A stretch of DNA of 63,854 nucleotides from Alphaproteobacteria bacterium (GTDB lineage Bacteria > Pseudomonadota > Alphaproteobacteria > Rs-D84): positions 1 through 63,854 of the forward strand of contig WQXN01000003.1 of NCBI GenBank assembly GCA_009784815.1, in the 5' to 3' direction. The position numbers and the translations under genes were made by a program. Positions 56,139 through 63,854 of this stretch are shown in pieces. The notes beneath the pieces were generated by a model, which did no database searches, had not been told where the DNA came from, and was given only the letters and a program-made list of their open reading frames with translations. Position 1 is the stretch's first letter, and every line of letters begins with the position of its first letter.

Positions 56139-57380
56139 ATGAACGCGCGACGCGTAGTAATAACCGGCATGGGCATAATAAGCCCGGTCGGCAGCGACCT
56201 TGAAACCGCCTGGGACGCAATAAAATCCGGCAAATCCGGTATAAAACAAATAACCGAATTCGATGTATCGGACCTTCCCAGCAAAATCGCGGGCATCCCG
56301 ACTGACTTCGACAAAGACAAATGGATCGACCCTAACCTCTCGCGCAAAATGGACAACAGCGTAGTCTACGGAGTCGCCGCGGCCGCCCAAGCGATCAAGG
56401 ACGCCAACTTCGGCGAGCTGACCCAGGAACAAAAAGACAAAACCGGAGTCCTGATAGGCTCGGGCATAGGCGGTCTCCATACGATCTACGAAAACTGCGT
56501 GGCTATGGAAACCCAAGGCCCGCGCCGCGTCTCGCCGTTCTTTATGCCCAAAGCCCTGATCAACATGGCCTCGGGACAAGTCTCGATGATCTACGGCTTC
56601 CGCGGTCCCAACAGTTCGTTATCAACCGCCTGCGCGACCGGCACTCACGCGATCGGCGACGCGGCAAGAATGATTTCCTACGGCGACGCGGACATAATGA
56701 TCGCGGGCGGCTCCGAAGCGGCGGTCTGCCGCATCGGTCTCGCGGGCTTTTCATCCATGCACGCGCTCTGCACTAAATACAACGAAGAACCGACCAAAGC
56801 CTCTCGTCCCTGGGATAAAAATAGAAACGGATTCGTAATGTCCGAAGGCGCGGGGGCGATGGTGCTGGAAGAATACGAACACGCAAAAGCGCGCGGAGCG
56901 AAAATCTACGGCGAAATCGTGGGCTACGGGATGAGCGGCGACGCGCATCACATAACGGCCCCGGCGGAAGACGGCAACGGTGGCCGCCGCGCTATGGAAG
57001 CCGCTATCCGCGACGCGAAATTGAAACCGTCCGACATAGGCTACGTAAACGCGCACGGCACTTCGACGCCGCTTGGAGACCTGGCGGAACTTAACGCGGT
57101 TAAAACTCTGTTCGCGGGAACTGACATATCTATGTCCTCGACTAAATCTATGACGGGGCATTTACTCGGGGCGGCCGGCGCAGTCGAAGCAATCTTCACG
57201 ACTCTGGCTATCCGTGACGGCATACTTCCTCCGACAATAAATTTGGACGAACCCGCTGATGAAATCGGCGACCTGGACCTGGTGCCGGGCAAAGCGAAAA
57301 ATAAAGATATTAAATACGCGCTGTCTAATTCTTTCGGCTTCGGCGGCACGAACGCAACCGTCATCATAGGCAAAATCTAA
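56139..57380 (+). CDS. fabF: 3-oxoacyl-ACP synthase II
   Basis: RRVVITGMG, TACATG, NAHGTST, KSMTGHLLGA, SNSFGFGG. Confidence 0.97.
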   Translation: MNARRVVITGMGIISPVGSDLETAWDAIKSGKSGIKQITEFDVSDLPSKIAGIPTDFDKDKWIDPNLSRKMDNSVVYGVAAAAQAIKDANFGELTQEQKDKTGVLIGSGIGGLHTIYENCVAMETQGPRRVSPFFMPKALINMASGQVSMIYGFRGPNSSLSTACATGTHAIGDAARMISYGDADIMIAGGSEAAVCRIGLAGFSSMHALCTKYNEEPTKASRPWDKNRNGFVMSEGAGAMVLEEYEHAKARGAKIYGEIVGYGMSGDAHHITAPAEDGNGGRRAMEAAIRDAKLKPSDIGYVNAHGTSTPLGDLAELNAVKTLFAGTDISMSSTKSMTGHLLGAAGAVEAIFTTLAIRDGILPPTINLDEPADEIGDLDLVPGKAKNKDIKYALSNSFGFGGTNATVIIGKI

Positions 57381-58504
57381 TGCCCGCCAAAAAGAAAAAA
57401 AAACCTTTACATAAATCGTCACCCCCGCGACCTGTCCACCGTAGCCCAAAGGGCGAAGGAGGAAGGCGGGGGCCCGTCGCACAAAGCTCGTCGCGCAAAG
57501 CGCGGCGCCGCACTTTTTCCTTCAAAAAACGTAACTTCGCCGCACATATACTGATCGCAATAATCGCGCTGATCGGTTTATTCTTTTCGTACAAACTTTG
57601 GATCCAATCGCCAATCGCGGAACCGACGGAAATAAACGTCCCGGGCGGCGCGTCAATAATCCAAACCGGCCGTATACTGCAGGAACAAAATCTTATCAAC
57701 AACCAACATCTGTTCCGCGCATCTGTGCATCTGTGGGGCGGCAGAATCCACACGGGCCTGTACGACATAAGACCCGGGCAATCGGTCTGGACTATCGCAA
57801 GAAACATGACCCGCGGCCGCGTCGCGATGATCGCGATCACAATCCCCGAAGGCCTGACTGTAAAACAGATTTATGAAATCATAGGCCACCACCCGCATCT
57901 GACTGGCCAAGTCAGAATCCTTTTCAAAAATGGCGAATTGTTTCCCGAAACCTACCATTTCCCAAAGGGCGCGGACAGGAACGCAGTCTTAACCGCAATG
58001 GCGAATAAAATGGAAACCATAAGGAAAAGATTCGAAGACAAACCTTTTCCTCACCCGATCCAAAACTGGAATGAATTGCTGTCGCTGGCCGCGATAATCC
58101 AAAAAGAAACGCCGAAAAAACACGAAATGCCGCAAGTGTCCGGGGTCTTCGTGAACCGCCTTCGCCGCGGAATGCTGCTGCAAGCGGACCCGACGGTTGT
58201 GTACGCGATAACGGATGGTTTCGGCCATATGCAGGGTCGCGGCATAACTCGAAGACATCTCCAAATCGACAGTCCGTATAACACGTACCGTTACCGCGGC
58301 CTGCCTCCGACTCCGATCGCGAACCCTGGGCTTGCTGCAATCCAAGCGGCGTTTGAACCCGAACAACACAACCTTTATTATTTCGTGGCGGACGGCACTG
58401 GCGGGCATATCTTCGCCGAAACTTACGAACAGCATCGCGAAAACCACGCCCAGTGGCGCATCATCCGCGCCCGCATAAACTCCGGGGATTCTCCTAATCC
58501 TTGA
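57380..58504 (+). CDS. mltG: Endolytic transglycosylase
   Basis: TIPEG, LFPETY, AAIIQKE, NRL..GM.LQADPT, SPYNTY, GLPPTPIANPG. Confidence 0.93.
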   Translation: MPAKKKKKPLHKSSPPRPVHRSPKGEGGRRGPVAQSSSRKARRRTFSFKKRNFAAHILIAIIALIGLFFSYKLWIQSPIAEPTEINVPGGASIIQTGRILQEQNLINNQHLFRASVHLWGGRIHTGLYDIRPGQSVWTIARNMTRGRVAMIAITIPEGLTVKQIYEIIGHHPHLTGQVRILFKNGELFPETYHFPKGADRNAVLTAMANKMETIRKRFEDKPFPHPIQNWNELLSLAAIIQKETPKKHEMPQVSGVFVNRLRRGMLLQADPTVVYAITDGFGHMQGRGITRRHLQIDSPYNTYRYRGLPPTPIANPGLAAIQAAFEPEQHNLYYFVADGTGGHIFAETYEQHRENHAQWRIIRARINSGDSPNP

Positions 58505-58538
58505 CTACCGTGATTTTACATAGTATAAACTGAACCAT

Positions 58539-58614
58539 GCCGACTTAGCTCAGCTGGTAGAGCACCTCATTCGTAATGAGGGGGTCGGAGGTTCGAATCC
58601 TCTAGTCGGCACCA
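58539..58614 (+). tRNA. tRNA-Thr(CGU)
   Basis: Cloverleaf, loop TTCGTAA, CCA; promoter TTGACT-N17-TATAAA at 58501. Confidence 0.95.
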
Positions 58615-58626
58615 CCTAAACATAGC

Positions 58627-58657
58627 TGTCATTTCCCGGCTACAACCGTGGAATCTC
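58627..58657 (+). repeat. TGTC-tagged REP, degenerate
   Basis: TGTCATTTCCCGG-CTACAA-CCGTGGAATCTC. Confidence 0.65.
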
Positions 58658-58679
58658 GGCCACTAAAAAAGGAGAGAAC

Positions 58680-59000
58680 ATGAAAAAACTATTCGCAACC
58701 GCCGCCGTCGCCGCCAGCCTCGCGGCCTGCTCGGACTCTAACGCGCTGGAAGCCAAAATGGGCGACACGGTCGTGATCTATTTCGAAGGCTACCTGGACG
58801 GTGTGCAATTCGAAGGAGGTACTGGCACGCATCCCCTCACCTTGGGAAGCGGCCAGTTCGTACCCGGTTTTGAAGAGCAGGTGGTCGGCATGAAAGTCGG
58901 CGATGAAAAAGATGTGTTTATTACGTTCCCGACCAACTACGTTCCGCATCTTGCCGGCAAGGACGTCGTCTTCAAAGTCTCGGTCCAAGAAATAAAATAA
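58680..59000 (+). CDS. Lipoprotein FKBP-type PPIase, trigger-factor-like domain
   Basis: Lipobox LAAC; FEGYLDG..FEGG, LGSGQFVPGFEEQ, TFP.NY, LAGKDVVF. Confidence 0.88.
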   Translation: MKKLFATAAVAASLAACSDSNALEAKMGDTVVIYFEGYLDGVQFEGGTGTHPLTLGSGQFVPGFEEQVVGMKVGDEKDVFITFPTNYVPHLAGKDVVFKVSVQEIK

Positions 59001-59012
59001 ATAATATTACAC

Positions 59013-59067
59013 TGTCATCCCCGGCAAGCGAAGCGCGACCGGGGACCTCCTACCACAAGCAGAGCCT
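59013..59067 (+). repeat. REP with ACCACAAGCAGAGC tail
   Basis: TGTCATCCCCGG...CCGGGGACCTCCTACCACAAGCAGAGC. Confidence 0.85.
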
Positions 59068-59214
59068 AAAATAAAACTGTCGTCGGCTTCATCCGGCGAC
59101 TCATTACTTTTACTATTTACCCTCTTCCTTTCATTCCTAGGAACACCCACTTATAGTTTTTCTCCGCGCTCTGTTCCACTCTCCTCTCGCTAAACCAACT
59201 CAAAAGGAGAGAAT

Positions 59215-59718
59215 ATGGAACCGGCAAAAATACTTCAAGGATTCAAAGATGTCGCGGACACTCAGGCGCTGCTTCACGAAGAAGCCATGATGTGCGCGCA
59301 CCGCGAAAACCTTAACGGCGTGAAACGTCTTCACAGACATCTTGCAAAAACATTTCAACATCACGGGATCTGTCTTCTGAACTTCGGCATGGACTTTGGA
59401 TTTTACGAAATGAAAAAACCTGATGTAAAAAAAGGCTTCGACGCCAAGAACCTGAAAGACCACCTGAATAAGATGGTTCCGCGCCTTGAACAAGACATAG
59501 AAAAACTTAAAAAACTGAACGGTGATTTTATAAAATTCTACGGCATGCCCTGTCCCGAGGGAATCCAAATGCAGGACTGCCTGGTGCGCAAATGGGCGAA
59601 AATAAAGTTCCGCTGGATACCGCGCTTCGAATTCACGAAGTGGGACCCGCTGGATATAGTGCAATGGGACAAATGGCTGCATGATAAAATCCGCGACGAA
59701 CACGACGGCGGCAAATAG
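59215..59718 (+). CDS. Hypothetical helical protein
   Basis: 167-aa ORF with AAGGAG SD; terminator at 59744-59773. Confidence 0.7.
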   Translation: MEPAKILQGFKDVADTQALLHEEAMMCAHRENLNGVKRLHRHLAKTFQHHGICLLNFGMDFGFYEMKKPDVKKGFDAKNLKDHLNKMVPRLEQDIEKLKKLNGDFIKFYGMPCPEGIQMQDCLVRKWAKIKFRWIPRFEFTKWDPLDIVQWDKWLHDKIRDEHDGGK

Positions 59719-59772
59719 TCGCTACGAATAGTAGTGCGCCAAATTAATAATGCCGTTATCGCGGCATTATTA

Positions 59773-59905
59773 AATAAATCGATTTAGACATGCCAGATAC
59801 TGCGTATTTGAAGTTTTTTAATTCCGCGCTAATGTACCCATAAGTACATGCCGGAATTAAAAAACGAAAAACGCCAAGTAGATGGCGTGTATAAATCGAT
59901 TTATT
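59773..59905 (+). repeat. Long hairpin element abutting the tRNA-Arg 3' end
   Basis: AATAAATCGATTTA termini, TTTTTAATTCCG/CGGAATTAAAAA stem, ATGTAC-CCATAA-GTACAT tip. Confidence 0.75.
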
Positions 59906-59981
59906 GGCGCGCCCGAGAGGAGTCGAACCCCTAACCTTCTGATCCGTAGTCAAACGCTCTATCCAATTGAGCTACGGGCGC
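59905..59981 (-). tRNA. tRNA-Arg(ACG)
   Basis: GCGCCCG acceptor, loop CTACGGA, GTTCGAC, CCA. Confidence 0.95.
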
Positions 59982-59994
59982 AATCTTCTGTAAT

Positions 59995-60071
59995 TGTCAT
60001 CCCGGGCGGTTCGCGCCATAGTTCGCAAGAACAAAGGCGGATGACCCGGAACTTCCTACCACAAGCAGAGC
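59995..60071 (+). repeat. REP with nested mini-hairpin and tail
   Basis: TGTCATCCCGGG-[mini]-GACCCGGAACTTCCTACCACAAGCAGAGC. Confidence 0.85.
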
Positions 60072-60077
60072 TTAAAA

Positions 60078-60332
60078 CTACTCTGCAACCACCGACACCG
60101 TAGTGCGTCCGCCGGTGCCCTTTTTGAATTTTACATGTCCTTCAGCGGTCGCAAAGATCGTGTGATCGCGTCCCATTCCGACATTTACTCCGGGGTGAAC
60201 TTTCGTTCCCCTCTGGCGAACTATTATATTGCCCGACACGACTTTCTGCATACCGCCTTTCTTAACTCCAAGCCTTCTTCCGGCTGAATCGCGATTATTA
60301 TTAGTTGATCCGCCGCCTTTTTTATGTGCCAT
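60078..60332 (-). CDS. rpmA: 50S ribosomal protein L27
   Basis: [31 protein letters not shown]. Confidence 0.98.
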   Translation of the reverse strand: MAHKKGGGSTNNNRDSAGRRLGVKKGGMQKVVSGNIIVRQRGTKVHPGVNVGMGRDHTIFATAEGHVKFKKGTGGRTTVSVVAE

Positions 60333-60375
60333 TTCCTTATCCCTTTTCTAACTTTGTCGTTCCTCGGTCCCATAC

Positions 60376-60405
60376 TGTCATGCCACGGCTTGACCGGGGC
60401 ATTCC
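60376..60405 (+). repeat. TGTC-tagged REP between rplU and rpmA
   Basis: TGTCATGCCACGG-CTTGA-CCGGGGCATTCC. Confidence 0.75.
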
Positions 60406-60411
60406 GGCCCA

Positions 60412-60708
60412 TTAAACCTTTATTTCCTTTATCCTGCAAACCGTGACGGCCTGCTTATGTCCGCGCGTACGGCGGTAGTTGTGACGACGTTTCTTCTTGA
60501 ATACAAGAACCTTGTCCAACTTATCCTGAGCCACGACATCGGCCACAACCTTCGCGCCCTTCACAAGCGGGTTTCCGATTTTATCCCCTGCCAGCAGCAC
60601 TTCCGTGAATTCGACAGTCTTATCTGCATCCAGTTTTTCGACTTTTACAACATCGCCGACTTTGACGCGATACTGTTTTCCGCCTGTTTGAAATATAGCG
60701 AATGACAT
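60412..60708 (-). CDS. rplU: 50S ribosomal protein L21
   Basis: [29 protein letters not shown]. Confidence 0.97.
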   Translation of the reverse strand: MSFAIFQTGGKQYRVKVGDVVKVEKLDADKTVEFTEVLLAGDKIGNPLVKGAKVVADVVAQDKLDKVLVFKKKRRHNYRRTRGHKQAVTVCRIKEIKV

Positions 60709-60863
60709 GACTACACCTTATGATTGTGATTTGGTACCCGCCAAGGATATACCCGCCCCGCGCAAAAGTCAAGACCGAAATCTCAATACTTTCTATCCCC
60801 TAGGCATTTTTCCCTTTTCCCTACTCTTGACTCTTCTGTTATAATCCGTTATAGTCTTTAATT

Positions 60864-61304
60864 ATGAAGAAATTCACAAAAAAAGACATCGAAAACATAA
60901 TCCCGCACCGCGGCTCCATGCTGCTGATCGACGAAGTCCGCGACCTAACCCCGACCTCCGGCACGGGCATCCGCCGCGTACAAAGCGATGAATTCTGGTG
61001 CGCGGGACACTTCCCCGGCAAACCCATAATGCCCGGAGTAATCCAGCTGGAATCAATGGCCCAAACCGCCTGTTTCGTGATTTTAAAGGACCTGTTTGAT
61101 AAAACCGGCAACAAAGGCTTTGGGTTTTTCACAAACATCGACAAATGCAAATTCGTGAAAATGGTGCAACCCGGCGACATCTTAGAGCTAAAAGTGGAAC
61201 TTGCCATGCAAAAATTGACCATGCACAAGTTCCGCGGCCAAGCCTTCGTCAAAGGTGAACTTGCCTGCGAAGCCACCTTCTCCGCCATTATGCAATTATC
61301 TTAA
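60864..61304 (+). CDS. fabZ: 3-hydroxyacyl-ACP dehydratase
   Basis: IPHR..MLLID, GHFPGKPIMPGVIQLESMAQ, V.PGD. Confidence 0.95.
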   Translation: MKKFTKKDIENIIPHRGSMLLIDEVRDLTPTSGTGIRRVQSDEFWCAGHFPGKPIMPGVIQLESMAQTACFVILKDLFDKTGNKGFGFFTNIDKCKFVKMVQPGDILELKVELAMQKLTMHKFRGQAFVKGELACEATFSAIMQLS

Positions 61305-61356
61305 TCTTTCCTTTTACCTTTTCCCTTCTATCTTTTTATGCTATAATGATCTACTA

Positions 61357-63438
61357 ATGATTAAACTCATCGCGATCTTTTTCGTACTTGTCGCGGCGTT
61401 CTCGCATACGTCGCACGCCTCGCGCAGCGCCGACGTCCGCGACTCCGGCCGCGCCCGCACAACCCATGAAGAATCTCGCCGAACCGCCGAATCCCGTGAC
61501 CTAACGCCCCGCGCCGCAACTATATCCGGCCGCACTCCTGGCGCCCCCGCTCGAAGTGCGACAATACAGCAACAGCAAAGAACCACAGCCCGCAGCGCAA
61601 CCCAGCAGCAGTCGGCTCGCAATATATCTCGCGCCGCGGTGACCCCGGGCCAACAGCGCTCTCCCGCCCGCAGCGCAACGACCCCGCGCGACCAAAACCG
61701 AACTGCGCGAAGCGCGACCCAGCTCGGTAGAATCGTAGCTCCCGTGGGCGGCGCGCGCTCCGCAAGATCAGCCGAAGCCCTTGGCGGGGACTACGCCCGC
61801 TGTCGTGACGCTTACACGCAATGCATGGACCAGTTCTGCGCGGCGGCGAATGAAACTTACCGGAAATGTATCTGTTCGGACACTTACATAGACCTTGCGG
61901 CTCAACGCGAAGCCCTTGAATCCGCGCAGAACGCGCTGCAAGAATTTCTGGCGTTTAATCTTACTATGGTCACTATGACCGGCTCGGAAGTCCAAGCCGC
62001 TTTAACCGGTACCGAAGGCGAACTCTCAATGCGCGAGGATACAAGCGCGAACCGTCAAAGACTGGACGACATTTTGAACAGCCTGAACAATCCTCCGTCG
62101 GGATCGTCCGGCAACCGCCGTCAATCCCCAAGCTTCGGCAGCATTGCGGATTTTTCCTGGGACATGGACGACATATGGGGAGGGGGCGCAACCCAAGGCG
62201 CGATCAGCAACGACGTCCGCGGCCGCCAGCTGTTCACTACGATCAACAGCCAGTGCCAGCAAATGCTGCGCGACACCTGCCGCAACACTAACATGTCTAT
62301 GATAGTCTCGACCTACACGCTTTCGATCGACGTCGACTGTCAAACTTTTCAAAACTCTCTGGACCGTCTTCGCCGCGACGTCCAAGGCAGAATCCGCGAA
62401 GCCAACCTTCGCCTGATGCAGGAACGCCTGAATGATTTTGACAGCAGGAATTCTCTTACCACGATCGAATGCCTGCAAAACGTTATGAGTGACCTCCGCA
62501 GCGACCTTGTCTGCGGCAACCAGTGGGAAAGATGCCTGGACTTCACGGGCCAATTTTTGGATCAAGGCCGCCCGATTATGACCGAACATTTCGGAGAACT
62601 GGCCAGCGTGCTGAATTTCGGCAGCGGCAACACAAGCCTTCTGGAAGCCAACCGCGGCAGTCCCTTCGTGCGTTCACTGGAAGAAAAACGCATCTTCGCG
62701 GCCGGCTCTCTCAGAACCTGCGAGCAAGAGCAGGAAATAGTCTGGCGCGAAGCCCTGAACAGATCGCTGATGGAAATATTCCAATCCCAAAGGCGCAAAA
62801 TCGACGACGTCAAGAACGAGTGTCTGGAAAAGCTTGCCGAATGCAGCGAAACCCAAACCGAATCCCTCGGCCGCTTCGGCATCGCCGGCGAGGAAGAGCT
62901 TGACGCGTCCGGCCAGCTGATAGTGATGGAGGTCTGCAGCGACATCCAGCGCGCGTGCGAAAGCGTCTTCGGCAGCGACACTCTGAACAATCTTCTTGAA
63001 CTTAAAAGACAAGGCCTTATGGATGAAAGCTGCGCGGACCGCGGCGGAGTTGTCGTGTACCACGACGATTACGAGCGCTGCGTAACAAACCAAGACGAAT
63101 GTACTGCGGTCGGCTGGAACTGGATCCCAAGCCCGACCACTCCGGGAACCGACGGCATAACCCACAGGCGCGGCACCTGCTCGATGTACCCGAACAGAAA
63201 TACGGACGACGTCTGCCGCAACGCTGGCGGACGCGTCGAAGGCCAGCAGTGCGTGTTTGCAAACATCTGGCACCGCCTGCCCAATACCAGACCTCTATGC
63301 GAAACCGATCGCGCGCTAATATGGCACAACGACAAATGCTGGCGAAGCTTTGACGCGGCGGCGGATATATGCCGCATCGCGGGCGGCGCGGTCGAAAATG
63401 GCAACTGCGTGTTTGAAACCCGTTTCAGACGCCCCTAA
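61357..63438 (+). CDS. Large secreted cysteine-rich protein with N-terminal ARSA repeats
   Basis: Signal peptide MIKLIAIFF, ARSAT repeats, CRDAYTQCMDQFC, C-terminal C..AGG.VE..C.F repeats. Confidence 0.78.
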   Translation: MIKLIAIFFVLVAAFSHTSHASRSADVRDSGRARTTHEESRRTAESRDLTPRAATISGRTPGAPARSATIQQQQRTTARSATQQQSARNISRAAVTPGQQRSPARSATTPRDQNRTARSATQLGRIVAPVGGARSARSAEALGGDYARCRDAYTQCMDQFCAAANETYRKCICSDTYIDLAAQREALESAQNALQEFLAFNLTMVTMTGSEVQAALTGTEGELSMREDTSANRQRLDDILNSLNNPPSGSSGNRRQSPSFGSIADFSWDMDDIWGGGATQGAISNDVRGRQLFTTINSQCQQMLRDTCRNTNMSMIVSTYTLSIDVDCQTFQNSLDRLRRDVQGRIREANLRLMQERLNDFDSRNSLTTIECLQNVMSDLRSDLVCGNQWERCLDFTGQFLDQGRPIMTEHFGELASVLNFGSGNTSLLEANRGSPFVRSLEEKRIFAAGSLRTCEQEQEIVWREALNRSLMEIFQSQRRKIDDVKNECLEKLAECSETQTESLGRFGIAGEEELDASGQLIVMEVCSDIQRACESVFGSDTLNNLLELKRQGLMDESCADRGGVVVYHDDYERCVTNQDECTAVGWNWIPSPTTPGTDGITHRRGTCSMYPNRNTDDVCRNAGGRVEGQQCVFANIWHRLPNTRPLCETDRALIWHNDKCWRSFDAAADICRIAGGAVENGNCVFETRFRRP

Positions 63439-63449
63439 AGGAGAACATC

Positions 63450-63707
63450 ATGGCAAAAGTAAAATCTTGGATAAGCATCTTGGGCGGTTTCGTAATGGCC
63501 CTGCTGTTCGTGAACGAAAGCGACGCGAACGTTCGCCACGCATCGGTAAGCGAGAATAGAATAGTCTACCGCCTAAGCGATCTCGAAGCCTGCCGTGACA
63601 GAACCTCGCAGGCGGACATAAGGAACTGCATGAATTTCACCGCGGCGCAAAATGCGTCGCGCGACCGTTGCCAAAGCTACGGCTGGCCCGACCGCTGCGC
63701 CTATTAA
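63450..63707 (+). CDS. Small secreted Cys-containing protein
   Basis: AAGGAG SD, signal peptide, four Cys. Confidence 0.6.
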   Translation: MAKVKSWISILGGFVMALLFVNESDANVRHASVSENRIVYRLSDLEACRDRTSQADIRNCMNFTAAQNASRDRCQSYGWPDRCAY

Positions 63708-63790
63708 TCATCCCAAAAAATTCTATAAATATCGCAAACCAAGCTTATAAGCATACAAAAAATTCGCGTTATTAGCGGATTTTTTGATAT
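63706..63790 (+). repeat. Left-end fragment of the long element followed by a terminator hairpin
   Basis: TAATCATCCCAAAAAATTCT...ACCAAG, then CAAAAAATTCGC..GCGGATTTTTTG. Confidence 0.6.
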
Positions 63791-63854
63791 GTGCATTAGC
63801 GAGGTTGCAGCGGTCAGCGCACACAATAATTTACCAACAAGCCAACCCAGTCGA

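Noticed and set aside
867-63273. Long antisense or alternate-frame ORFs (e.g. 867-1535, 8654-9292, 30697-31557, 33406-34128, 51913-52767)
   Set aside because: They shadow well-supported genes and have no recognisable motifs.

Overview
Chromosomal window from an alphaproteobacterium. The pilin signal, the cysteine-rich secreted proteins and the broken operons suggest a reduced, host-associated lineage such as Rs-D84 (inference only). Housekeeping genes include alaS, miaA, priA, dnaB, dapB, pfkA, frr-uppS-cdsA-rseP-bamA, mraZ, yidC-lspA-ruvC-recF, mraY-ftsW-murG, acpP-fabF-mltG, rplU-rpmA, fabZ, rnpB and five tRNAs. Two systems stand out. (1) A near-complete T7/BPP-1-like podovirus morphogenesis and lysis gene set (holin-like proteins, SleB-type hydrolase, scaffold, capsid, tail adaptor, nozzle, portal, Bbp19-like protein, lysozyme) is broken into five co-oriented blocks among essential genes. 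No integrase, repressor or phage replication gene is present, and the large terminase is split into two separate ORFs 4.6 kb apart. This looks like a domesticated, GTA-like system. (2) Several families of palindromic repeats are dense here and all lie in the same orientation: about 15 loci of a modular ~160-bp RPE-like element, TGTC-tagged REPs linked to a frameshifted GIY-YIG gene, and a nested mini-hairpin. They supply stop codons, terminators, promoters and coding sequence to host genes. A fragmentary VirB7/VirB8/VirB8/VirD4 type IV secretion locus is also present. All calls come from reading motifs by eye; no searches were run.
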